Source of the DNA: a candidate division WOR-3 bacterium | Lineage (GTDB): Bacteria > Hydrothermota > Tepidihabitantia > Tepidihabitantales > Tepidihabitantaceae | Direction of reading: 5' to 3' | Assembly (NCBI GenBank): GCA_965649295.1 | Contig: CBFGKH010000004.1 | Span: 32,001 to 96,000, forward strand | DNA length: 64,000 nt | In this document: piece by piece, positions 1 to 9,700 of the stretch | Layout: every line of letters begins with the position of its first letter | How positions within the stretch are numbered: position 1 is the first letter of the stretch | Notes under the pieces: model-generated | Seen by the model: only the letters and a program-made list of their open reading frames with translations | What the model was told of the DNA's origin: nothing | Database searches by the model: none | Position numbers and translations under genes: made by a program

Positions 1-486
1 CATCCCGGCTCAAACCAGCCCGGAGCCGCAGTTCTCGAAGCTTGCGGCCCAATGCTGCCTCGAACCGAAACGAATCAGCAGTCCGTTTCACAAGGCGATG
101 CTAACAGAGTGCTGCACCCATTTCAAGGTGCACAACCCAGTAACGCCAGTAGGACCTAAGCAATCTTCTGATCATCAGATAGCCAACTTTGCCTCAAACC
201 ACCTCCCCTGTCCCCCGGATTACTCCCAGCGCTCAATCCCAAACTCATCACTAACAGGAATGCCAATAGCTGTCTTCGTCCCTTTTGGGGAGAGACTGAA
301 CAAGTGCTACGGTTACCGTCAGTGCCGGAGCTATCAACGAGGCTCCCAACTGTGCCACCCAGCATGCCGTCGCGGCTGAGTTGACTTTGGCCTGGCGCTG
401 AATCTCAATTGGTGCCTAAAGGAGAGTTCAGCGACAGCAGTAATAGCCAGCTTGCACTACTGCCACCAAAGCTTATCATTGAACGG

Positions 487-1092
487 ATGAAAGAAATCTG
501 TATCCGTTGCGGCCGCAAGGCCCAGCGTTTCTGTCCGGCGCAGAACAACCGCATCTGCTCCCAGTGCTGCGGCCGGTCGCGTGGCCGCACCATCATCTGC
601 CCTGATACCTGTTCCCACTTTGTCACCGGCGCCAGGACAGCATTGCGTCGGCTGGCCGAACTGTCGTCGGAGCCAAGGGTCGAACTCGACTACTCAGACC
701 TGCTCCATAACTTACGGCTGGTTCTTGTCCAGCTCCGCCGCACCCGCCTAGCGAACATGACCGACGGCGAAGCCCAATCCGCACTCAACAACGTAGCTGA
801 TACGATGCGTACCCGTCAGAGCGGCCTCATCTACGAGTTTCGCTCGCCTGATCCTCGCATCCAGTTACTGACCGACTCACTGCTCGACGTTGCCGGCCGG
901 CACGAACGCGGTGAGGGCGGACTCCGTCGCTACGGTGTCGCCGATATTCGACGCTGCCTACTCCATCTGGTCCAGCAGATAAAACAGCTTGGCGAGCGCG
1001 GCAGCGGCTCGACAGACTGGCTTGAACTCATCTCTCAAACCGTCGGGCATAAGTTCACCGCCAATCCTGGGACATGGCTCGTTCAAAGATAA
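487..1092 (+). CDS. Hypothetical protein with N-terminal Cys-rich (8 Cys) putative metal-binding domain
   Basis: ORF 409..1092; ATG at 487 lies 7 nt after a TTGCAC-16-TATCAT promoter-like motif; N-terminus CIRC..C..CSQCC..C..C. Confidence 0.7.
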   Translation: MKEICIRCGRKAQRFCPAQNNRICSQCCGRSRGRTIICPDTCSHFVTGARTALRRLAELSSEPRVELDYSDLLHNLRLVLVQLRRTRLANMTDGEAQSALNNVADTMRTRQSGLIYEFRSPDPRIQLLTDSLLDVAGRHERGEGGLRRYGVADIRRCLLHLVQQIKQLGERGSGSTDWLELISQTVGHKFTANPGTWLVQR

Positions 1093-1355
1093 CCGGCGAC
1101 ACGCCGATTGAGCTCATCCTCAGCCGCAATCCCGACGCAGCCCGGGTTTTTGTCCGACTCGGGTTGCCATGTTTTGTCTGCGGCGAACCGGCCTGGGGCA
1201 CAGTCGCCGAGCTCTGCCAGCGCCACCGAAAGGACCTAGAAGAGGTCTTGACTGAGCTCAATCGAATCCCGACTGCCGCTGGCCAGGAAACGAATGCGGC
1301 CGAATCGGCGTCTGATAAGACTGATGCCAAATCAGCAAAACCGCGGCGCCGCTGA
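1074..1355 (+). CDS. DUF1858-domain small protein (CxxC)
   Basis: KITGDTPIELIL..PDAARVFVRLGLPCFVC..TVAELC..H..DLEEVLTELN is the typical DUF1858 pattern. Confidence 0.8.
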   Translation: MARSKITGDTPIELILSRNPDAARVFVRLGLPCFVCGEPAWGTVAELCQRHRKDLEEVLTELNRIPTAAGQETNAAESASDKTDAKSAKPRRR

Positions 1356-1385
1356 TCGGTGCCGACACAATTCGGAGGAATCAGT

Positions 1386-2897
1386 ATGAACCGCCGAGTC
1401 TCCCTACGTCTCGTCGGTGCGATCCTAGCACCGGCTGTGCTTGCTGCTTTCGTGATTGGCCTGATTGTCGCTGGTGTGCTCAACCTGATGCCAAGTCGGG
1501 CCGCCGAGACAACCAACGTCACTGTCGCCGGGCCAGGACTTGCCCCGACTGAACACAGCCCGTTCGTTCAGGTTGCTGAGCTGGTTCTGCCCGCGGTTGT
1601 CAATATCTCGGCTGAGAAGACAGTCCGGCCTACACGCCGTTCCGACGGAAGCTTCGAACCTCGTTCGCCACTCGAAGAGCTGTTTCGTGACTTCTTCCGT
1701 GAATGGCCAGAGGTCCCCGAGTCAAGACAACAGAACTCACTCGGGTCCGGCGTTATCATCTCACCGGATGGCTACATTGTTACCAACAATCACGTTATCG
1801 CTGGCTTCGACAAGATCGTCGTTCGCCTCGCTGACGACACCGAATTCAAAGGCAAGGATGTCCGTGTTGTCGGTCGTGACCCGAAAACCGACCTAGCCGT
1901 CATCAAAGTCGAAGGAAAGAAGTCGCTGCCCAGTCTCAAGCTCGCCAACCCCGAACAAATCAAGGTCGGTGACTGGGCCATTGCGGTTGGCAATCCGTTC
2001 GGTCTTTCTGGTACGGTGACGGTCGGCGTTGTCTCAGCCAAAGGTCGGTCCGGCCTGCCCCTACCTGAAGGTCCGACCTATCAGGACTTCATCCAGACCG
2101 ACGCCTCAATCAATCCTGGCAACTCCGGTGGCGCCCTGGTGAACATCAAGGGCGAACTGATGGGCATCAACTCCGCAATTCGCTCACCGGTCGGCGCCAG
2201 CGTCGGCATCGGTTTTGCCGTGCCGGTGAACATTGTCAAATCGGTAACCGACCAGCTAATCCGTACCGGCAAAGTCGTGCGCGGCTACATGGGCATTCGT
2301 CCGCAGCCAGTGACTGACGCAATCCGTCGCGCTATGAATCTACCCGACACCAAGGGCGTGCTTGTCGCCGATGTCGTCGAAGGCGCACCGGCGGACAAAG
2401 CCGGTCTCAAGGCTGGTGACGTCATCGTTGCCGTCAACGGCCAGAAGACCGAAGGAGTCGAACAGTTCCGCCAGCAGATCGCCGATTTTGCACCCGGCAC
2501 CAGAATCTCGGTTTCGCTGGTACGCGACGGCAAGAGACTCACCCGCGAGGTGCGGCTCATCGAGTTTCCTGAAGACGAAACCACCACCGAGCCGGCAACC
2601 GGCGAAGAAACTGATGCCTGGCTCGGATTGTCGGTCCGCTCCCTGACAGTCGATGAGCGGCGTCAGGCTCGGGTCAGCGGCGGCGTCCTAGTCACTGCTG
2701 TCGAACCGGGCAGCGATGCAGCCGAAGCCGGCATCCAACGTGGCGACATCATCCTCGAAGCCGGCTCGCAGCCGATTGAAACCATCGCTGACTTCAATCG
2801 GGTAGCCCGCACTTACTCACGCTCTCGCCAGCCAATTCTCTTCCGCGTCAAACGTGGCAGCAGCCGCCTATTCATCGCGGTTGAGCCAACCAAGTAG
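1386..2897 (+). CDS. degP: HtrA/DegP-family periplasmic serine protease with two PDZ domains
   Basis: GSGVII, TNNHVI, DLAVIK, IQTDASINPGNSGG motifs; N-terminal TM; GGAGG SD before ATG 1386. Confidence 0.93.
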   Translation: MNRRVSLRLVGAILAPAVLAAFVIGLIVAGVLNLMPSRAAETTNVTVAGPGLAPTEHSPFVQVAELVLPAVVNISAEKTVRPTRRSDGSFEPRSPLEELFRDFFREWPEVPESRQQNSLGSGVIISPDGYIVTNNHVIAGFDKIVVRLADDTEFKGKDVRVVGRDPKTDLAVIKVEGKKSLPSLKLANPEQIKVGDWAIAVGNPFGLSGTVTVGVVSAKGRSGLPLPEGPTYQDFIQTDASINPGNSGGALVNIKGELMGINSAIRSPVGASVGIGFAVPVNIVKSVTDQLIRTGKVVRGYMGIRPQPVTDAIRRAMNLPDTKGVLVADVVEGAPADKAGLKAGDVIVAVNGQKTEGVEQFRQQIADFAPGTRISVSLVRDGKRLTREVRLIEFPEDETTTEPATGEETDAWLGLSVRSLTVDERRQARVSGGVLVTAVEPGSDAAEAGIQRGDIILEAGSQPIETIADFNRVARTYSRSRQPILFRVKRGSSRLFIAVEPTK

Positions 2898-2909
2898 TAC
2901 GATGACGGC

Positions 2910-2943
2910 AAGGAGCGCTGGCTCGTTGCAGCCAGCGCTCCTT
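2910..2943 (+). terminator. Intrinsic terminator-like hairpin after degP
   Basis: Perfect 14-bp inverted repeat AAGGAGCGCTGGCT-cgttgc-AGCCAGCGCTCCTT; weak U tail. Confidence 0.7.
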
Positions 2944-2963
2944 CTCCGTTATGCAGCCAGCTA

Positions 2964-2991
2964 TTGACCAAGCCTTGGTTTTGGGCAGAAT
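2964..2991 (+). promoter_or_regulatory. Putative sigma70 promoter for folD-ispA-dxs-sprA
   Basis: TTGACC-16 nt-CAGAAT. Confidence 0.5.
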
Positions 2992-3152
2992 AATCCATAA
3001 TAAAGGAGCTAGCTAGCGCGCATTCTGTTCTGAGTGTCGCCCCAACTTGTTGACACAGCGGCAGCGAGTAGGCTGCTATTCATCTATCAAACTGGCCACG
3101 TACCCGGTTGCGGGTTACTTGATGTTCAAGACTCATCGCAGGTGACTAAGCA

Positions 3153-4001
3153 GTGATTCTTGACGGCAAAGCACTGGCTCGCCAAATCCGCTCTGAGCTA
3201 GCAGTCACTGTTCAGGCACTAACTGCCCGCGGTCATCAACCCGGCCTACGGATTCTGCTGGTCGGCGACGACCCACCATCCCAAGTCTATGTTCGCAACA
3301 AGCTAAAGGCTGCATCCGCAATTGGCATTGATGCCCAGGTCTGCCACCTACCTGTCGGTACCGACGAGACGACCGCCGCTCAGGTCATCGCCGACTGGAA
3401 CAGAAATCCTCGCGTGAACGGCATCATCGTCCAACTCCCGCTGCCCGAACCGCTTGACGGCGAGCGGCTGATTAGCCAGATTGCACCGTCCAAAGACGTT
3501 GATGGCCTGACACCAACAAGCATCGCTGGTTTGGCTTCCGGCCGACCCAGCTTCCTACCCGCAACTCCGGCCGGCATAATCGAATTGCTCGTCCGTAACG
3601 GTATCACTATTCCAGGCAAGAGAGTTGTAATAGTTGGCCGTGGCGAACTGGTTGGTCGGCCACTGGCGCAGCTACTGCTGCTGCGCGGCGAGCGTGGGGA
3701 CGCAACCGTCACCGTCTGTCACACTAAGACCCGGGACCTTGGTGCGATTTGTCGTGAAGCCGAGATTCTCGTGGCGGCAGTGGGCCGACCCCAGCTGATT
3801 ACTGCTGCAATGGTGTCGCCGGGCGCAGTTGTTGTTGACGCCGGCACAAGCGAGGTTAACGGCCGGCTGGTTGGCGATGTTGACTTCGCCGCCATCGAAC
3901 CTATCGCCCAAGCGATCACACCAGTACCGGGTGGAGTTGGGCCAATGACAGTAGCAATGCTGCTTGTTAACGTGGTCAAAGCCGCTCGCCTTCAAGAATG
4001 A
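3153..4001 (+). CDS. folD: Bifunctional methylenetetrahydrofolate dehydrogenase/cyclohydrolase
   Basis: ILDGKALA, YVRNK, GIIVQLPLP, KDVDG, ITPVPGGVGPMTVAMLL motifs. Confidence 0.96.
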   Translation: MILDGKALARQIRSELAVTVQALTARGHQPGLRILLVGDDPPSQVYVRNKLKAASAIGIDAQVCHLPVGTDETTAAQVIADWNRNPRVNGIIVQLPLPEPLDGERLISQIAPSKDVDGLTPTSIAGLASGRPSFLPATPAGIIELLVRNGITIPGKRVVIVGRGELVGRPLAQLLLLRGERGDATVTVCHTKTRDLGAICREAEILVAAVGRPQLITAAMVSPGAVVVDAGTSEVNGRLVGDVDFAAIEPIAQAITPVPGGVGPMTVAMLLVNVVKAARLQE

Positions 4002-4846
4002 CGGAGATTCGGGTCAGAATGACGGCAGACCGCCGGCTCATCAATCAGGCTCTAAGCCAGACGCTCAATCTGGGCAGGAAGGTTCCGGCCCGACTGCGCC
4101 AAGCAATGCGCTACGCCGTGCTCGGTCCAGGCAAGCGTATCCGGCCACTGCTATTACTCTGGGCGTACCGGGCTGCTGGTGGGCGCACCCTGCACCCAGT
4201 ACTGCCGTTCTGCTGTGGTATCGAGTTCATCCATGCCTTCTCCCTTGTTCATGATGACCTGCCGGCAATGGACAACGACGACTTCCGTCGCGGCCGACCC
4301 AGTCTCCATCGTCGCTTCGGCGAATCAACCGCCATTCTAGCTGCTGACGGCCTATTTGCGCTCGCCTTCGAACTTTTTGCTCGGTCCTCGGCTACTGCTG
4401 AGCGACGTCTTGCCGCAATCACGACCATTGCTGCAGCAGTCGGCCCAGCCGGCATGACCGCCGGCCAGTTCACCGACACGACAGCTGGAACGCAAATCTC
4501 CACCCAACGACTGCTGCGCACGCAGGAACAGAAGACAGCCGAGCTGCTCGCCGCTGCGCTGGTCGCCGGCGCGATACTCGGCGGCGCCGACCAGCACTGT
4601 CAGCGACAGTTGCGGCAGGCCGGGATACACCTTGGCCGACTCTTCCAGATAACCGATGACCTACTCGACGCTGAACAAGCAAGTGACAGTCGTGTTGCCA
4701 CCATGGTCTCGCGATATGGCCGCGAAAAGACCCGCCATCTCGCTAGCCTCGAAGCAACCAAAGCAACTACCATCTTTAACGGACTTGGTGCCAGTTACAA
4801 GCTACTGGCCAGTATTCCTGCGCTGATTCTCAATCGCAAGACCTGA
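3998..4846 (+). CDS. ispA: Polyprenyl (farnesyl/geranylgeranyl) diphosphate synthase
   Basis: GKRIRP, SLVHDDLPAMDNDDFRRGRP, FQITDDLLD motifs. Confidence 0.9.
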   Translation: MTEIRVRMTADRRLINQALSQTLNLGRKVPARLRQAMRYAVLGPGKRIRPLLLLWAYRAAGGRTLHPVLPFCCGIEFIHAFSLVHDDLPAMDNDDFRRGRPSLHRRFGESTAILAADGLFALAFELFARSSATAERRLAAITTIAAAVGPAGMTAGQFTDTTAGTQISTQRLLRTQEQKTAELLAAALVAGAILGGADQHCQRQLRQAGIHLGRLFQITDDLLDAEQASDSRVATMVSRYGREKTRHLASLEATKATTIFNGLGASYKLLASIPALILNRKT

Positions 4847-6700
4847 ATGGGAGTACTCGAAAGAGTCAACTCACCGGCAGACATCCGCCGCCTGCCACTG
4901 GCCAAACTGGCCGAACTCTGCACTGCAATTAGGCAGCTAATTGTGGAGACGACTGCTGCAAACGGCGGTCATACCGCGCCTAGTCTTGGCGTGGTTGAGC
5001 TAACCATCGCTCTCCACTACGCCTTCAACACTCCGGAAGATCAGATTATCTGGGATGTCGGGCACCAGTGCTACGCCCACAAAATAGTCACCGGCCGTCG
5101 CGACCGGTTCTCGACCCTGCGCCAGTTGGGCGGCATCGCTGGATTCCCTAAGCGTGCCGAAAGTGAATACGACGTCTTTGACACTGGGCACGCCGGCAAC
5201 TCGATTTCTGCGGCATTGGGCATTGCCATCGGTGACCGGCTACAAGGACGTAACCGCAAGGTCGTCGCGGTGATTGGCGATGGTTCGATCGTCACCGGGA
5301 TGGCACTTGAGGCTCTGAACCACGGCGGCTGCTTGAAACAAGACCTCATTGTCGTCCTTAATGACAACGAGATGTCAATTGCCCGTAGCACTGGCGCCAT
5401 GGCCACCTACCTTAATCGCATCATCACCGGCCGGATGTACAACCGGCTCAAGGCTGACATCTGGAATCTACTCGGTCATCTGCCAAAGGAAATGTCCGGT
5501 GTTTCCCGCCAGGCCGCTCGCAAACTCGAAGAAGGCATCAAGAACCTAGTCGTGCCCAGCCTTCTCTTTGAGGAACTCGGTTTCCGCTACATCGGTCCCG
5601 TCAACGGCCATTCGTTGCCCGAGCTTATCGAGACATTCCAGCGGGTACGGCGATTGCCCGGTCCAACACTTGTGCACACCGTCACCCGCAAAGGTCAGGG
5701 CTATCCGCCAGCGCTGGCCCATCCTGAACACTTCCACGGCACTGGCCCATTCGACATAGCCACTGGCCGGCCCCGTCCCGCCACCGACCCCAGCTTCACC
5801 GCCACGTTCGGCAAGACACTTGTCCGGCTTGGCGAACACGATAAACGAATTGCTGCTATCACTGCCGGTATGTGCCTCGGTACCGGTCTTGATGAATTCC
5901 GCAACCGCTACCCTCAGCGTTTCTACGATGTCGGCATCTGCGAGCAGCATGCCCTGACATTTGCTGCCGGCCTAGCCCAAGCTGGAATGAAACCGGTTGT
6001 TGCCATCTACTCGACCTTCCTCTGCCGCGCTATTGATCAACTGATTCAGGACATCTGTCTGCAGAATCTGCCGGTGGTTGTTGCTGTGGACCGCGCCGGT
6101 CTTGTCGGTGAAGACGGTCCAACCCACCACGGCATGTTTGACCTCAGCTACCTTTCAATGATTCCGCGTCTTGAGGTGATGGCACCAATGGACGAGCCCG
6201 AACTCGCAGCGATGCTGGAATACGCAATAGGCCAAGCCAATGGCCCGGTTGCCATCCGTTACCCGCGCGGTGGCTCAGGGCTGAAAGCTAGCTCCCACCA
6301 ACCGCTGCGGCCGATGCGGGCCGAACTCATCTGCGAAGGCGACAACGGCTGCGTCATCGCTATCGGCTCAATGGTCGGTCCGACACTTGCCGCCTGCCAA
6401 GGACACGGCATTGCTGTAGTCAACGCCCGCTGGGCTAAGCCGCTGGATGACGAACTGATCGCCGAAACAAGCCATCGCTTTCGGCGCATCGTAACGGTCG
6501 AAGAGAATGTCCTTGCCGGAGGATTCGGGTCAGCCGTTGAACTCGCACTATCCCAGACTGGTTATCAAGGTAGGCTGATGCGCATTGGACTTCCTGACCG
6601 ATTCATCGAACACGGTCCCCGCTCCACGCTGCTCCAATCGGTCGGCCTCGACCCATCCGGCCTTGCCCAGCGTTTTGGCACTTTTTTTACCAAGGATTAG
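4847..6700 (+). CDS. dxs: 1-deoxy-D-xylulose-5-phosphate synthase
   Basis: GGHTAPSLGVVELT, WDVGHQCYAHK, DRAGLVGEDGPTHHG, IRYPRG motifs. Confidence 0.96.
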   Translation: MGVLERVNSPADIRRLPLAKLAELCTAIRQLIVETTAANGGHTAPSLGVVELTIALHYAFNTPEDQIIWDVGHQCYAHKIVTGRRDRFSTLRQLGGIAGFPKRAESEYDVFDTGHAGNSISAALGIAIGDRLQGRNRKVVAVIGDGSIVTGMALEALNHGGCLKQDLIVVLNDNEMSIARSTGAMATYLNRIITGRMYNRLKADIWNLLGHLPKEMSGVSRQAARKLEEGIKNLVVPSLLFEELGFRYIGPVNGHSLPELIETFQRVRRLPGPTLVHTVTRKGQGYPPALAHPEHFHGTGPFDIATGRPRPATDPSFTATFGKTLVRLGEHDKRIAAITAGMCLGTGLDEFRNRYPQRFYDVGICEQHALTFAAGLAQAGMKPVVAIYSTFLCRAIDQLIQDICLQNLPVVVAVDRAGLVGEDGPTHHGMFDLSYLSMIPRLEVMAPMDEPELAAMLEYAIGQANGPVAIRYPRGGSGLKASSHQPLRPMRAELICEGDNGCVIAIGSMVGPTLAACQGHGIAVVNARWAKPLDDELIAETSHRFRRIVTVEENVLAGGFGSAVELALSQTGYQGRLMRIGLPDRFIEHGPRSTLLQSVGLDPSGLAQRFGTFFTKD

Positions 6701-6703
6701 CCA

Positions 6704-9700
6704 GTGAGTACTCCTGCCCACCGTCTTCTTCTCCTCCTCTTTCTTGTCACAATTGCCGCTGCCGACCCAACGCTCTACGAACCAATCCGGTTCGTCGCCC
6801 GTCCTGACTACGAACTAGGCTACGTCTTCATCGAGCGCTGGCGCGGTAACCAATACATCGGCGTCGAACGGGTCGTAACAATCAGTGACTATCTTGATTA
6901 CGAGCTGCGTCGCTCAGTCAGTGAGACCTGGCGTCAGAAGGTTGAACGCACTCAGGAGCGCCGCGAAATCGAGGCCGACGCTTCCGGACTGATCCCGGAC
7001 ATTGTTCTTCCTAAACTGCCTTTGTTTGGCGAAGGCAGCCGCATCGATATCTCTGGCCGCGACCGGATAACTCTCGGCGGCCGGCAGACATTTGTTCGCG
7101 GCGCCTATCTCTCCTCGGGCAGCCTTTTCCCGGAGCTCAAGATGGAGCAACAGCTCTCGGTTCTGCTCAACGGTACGATCGGTGAGCGCACCAAGGTAAC
7201 GATTGACTACGATGTTGAGCGACGCAGCAGTGACAACAAGGTACTGCTCGCCTACACCGGTACCGAGGACGAAATCGTCCAGACTGTCGAACTCGGCAAC
7301 ACCCGTCTTTCGATTCCCGCTACTGCCTATACCGGTGACCTGCCCGCCCGCAAGGGACTGTTCGGTGCATCGGCCCGGGGGCGGCTTGGCGGCATTGACA
7401 TCTATGCCGTTGCCTCTCGTGAGGAGTCACAGGGTCAAACCCAGACCTTTACTGGCCGACGCATCGTGAACACTGACACGATCTACTGTGGCCAATATCT
7501 GCCCCGGCGCTTCTATGTCCTGCCCGTACCTGAGACCACGACGGTTCGCTCAGTTCGCGTCTATATAGATGACAAGAATCAATCAAACAACCAGACCTCA
7601 GAACCAGGGATTGCCACAGTTTGGCCAGACCAACCTGACCGTCTGCCTGACTCGACTAACTGGACCTACGACCGCGCACCTGGCGCCTTCGATCCCCGCA
7701 TCGCCAACAAGGACTACATCATCCACCCCGGCAACATCATCGAGTTCACCACCACAATTGACAACAACAATGTCATCGGCCTCATCATTGAAACCGCCAC
7801 CGACACTATTGGCGGCAGCTACTACCAGGACTCGCTCGTCCTCCTGTTGCTCAAACCGGAACGTACCGACACATCATCACTCACCTGGGACAACGAGATG
7901 CGCAACATCTACAGCCTGCGCCGCAACGACGTCAGTCTGCAGAGCTTCCGACTCTACCGGGATTCAACTGGCAGCGTTGATCTCGAGTATGAAGACCAAG
8001 GCCCCAATGCCGGTCGTCGTTTCAGCGAAATCCTCGGCATTGACCCAGACGGCGATGGTCGAATTGACTATCCTTGGTTCGAGGCTAAGACCGGCCTCAT
8101 TCGCTTTCCTGGCCGGAAGCCATTCCAAGACCCCGGTCTGAGCGTTCGCGAATCAATCATCTACCGGAAGGAGCCGTCTCAGCTCCGCCCCGACGAGGGC
8201 CGCAAGTATTTCATCGTCGCCACCTACACTAGCACCACTGAGAAATACTACCTCGGGCAACCCGATATCACCGAAAACTCCGAACGGGTAATGGTCAACG
8301 GCGAGGTCTGGCGCAGGGGTGATGACTACACGATTGACTACCGAGCTGGCACCATTAACTTCGTCCGGCCGCTCCTGCCCGACGCCAACATCCAAGTTAC
8401 CTACGAGTATCAGCCTATTTTCTCGATCAGTCAGAAGTCGCTCGTCGGCACACGCGCAGAATGGAATCCGGCGCCAGCGACCCGCGTCGGCACAAGTCTG
8501 TTCTTCCGCGGCGAGGGCACCGCCGACGAACGACCTCAGCTCGGCACCGAACCGTTCAACCGCGCCATCGCCGAGGCTGATGCTGCCTATGCCTGGACAT
8601 CCGACGCAGTCACCGCTTTCATTGACCGACTGCCGGTGATTCGCGCCTCCAATCCCACTCGCTTCGATGCTGCCGGCGAGGTCGCTCTCTCCCTACCTGA
8701 CCCCAATACCCGCGGTACAGCATGGCTCGATGATTTCAGCGGCACCACCCTGACCAGCGACGTCTCAATCACCAGCGGACTCTGGTCCTGGGCCTCGGTA
8801 CCGGTAGAAAAGGACACTGCCGATTTTGCCACCCGACCAATATTCTGGCGCAACGCCCGCCGCGGCCAGCAGGTACCGATCGACTCCGTCTTCGGCCCCC
8901 AGACCGGCCGCAGCGGCGAAACACACGATTACCTACGTGTCATCTACCAGCCTGATTCCAACAATCCAAACAGTTGGGCTGGCATAATGACTGGTATCAG
9001 CGGCGGCAGCAATCTGTCCGACTTCGAGAATTTACAGATTGTGCTGCGCTCCCGCCGTCGTAGCGGCCGCATCCACATTACTGTCGGCTATTCGATTGAT
9101 GAGGACGCACCGCGACGTAACCGCGCTGGCCGTATCGTCGGCTATGACGGTATCAATAACACTGAAGACCGCAACGGCAACGGAATCCTCGATGCCGACG
9201 AGGATACTGGACTCGACGGCATCTTTGGCGATGACAGTAAGTGGAACCCGGACTCCGCCGACGACGGCAACGACGACTTCGATGAAGAGATCAATCCGAA
9301 CGGCACTGAAGGTAATCGTCGCACGACACCCGACGCCGAGGACCTCGACCGCTCCGGCTTCAGCCGCTACAACCACTACTTCGAATGTGCCATCAATCTC
9401 GACGACGCCCGCTGGCTGCAGCCGCTCCATCGGGACTGGCAACTGCTCCGCGTTCCGCTCAAGGACTCCACCATTTTCCGCGCCACTGGCCGGCCACGTT
9501 GGGAAGACGTCCGGCTCGTTCGCATCTGGTTCGACAACTTCATCGCCACCGACACAATTGACTTCTACTCTATCGAGTTCACCGGTTCACGCTGGGCTAG
9601 CCCACGACTGACCACGCTCACTGGCCAGCCGGTCCGACCACCAAAGCGTGACACACTCACTCCGATTTGGCATCATAACACTGCTAGCGACACTGTCGAT

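Noticed and set aside
1..400. ORFs 98..379 (+) and 156..365 (-)
   Set aside because: No recognisable motifs, SD or promoter support; likely non-coding or decayed sequence.
1353..1388. DUF1858 TGA stop is in frame with degP (possible readthrough fusion)
   Set aside because: degP has its own GGAGG SD and N-terminal export signal, and there is no Cys context or convincing SECIS hairpin; same frame is a 1-in-3 coincidence.
2998..3152. 6S RNA, THF or ZTP riboswitch call
   Set aside because: No long 6S-like rod and no match to the riboswitch consensus cores by eye; kept only as an unassigned candidate.
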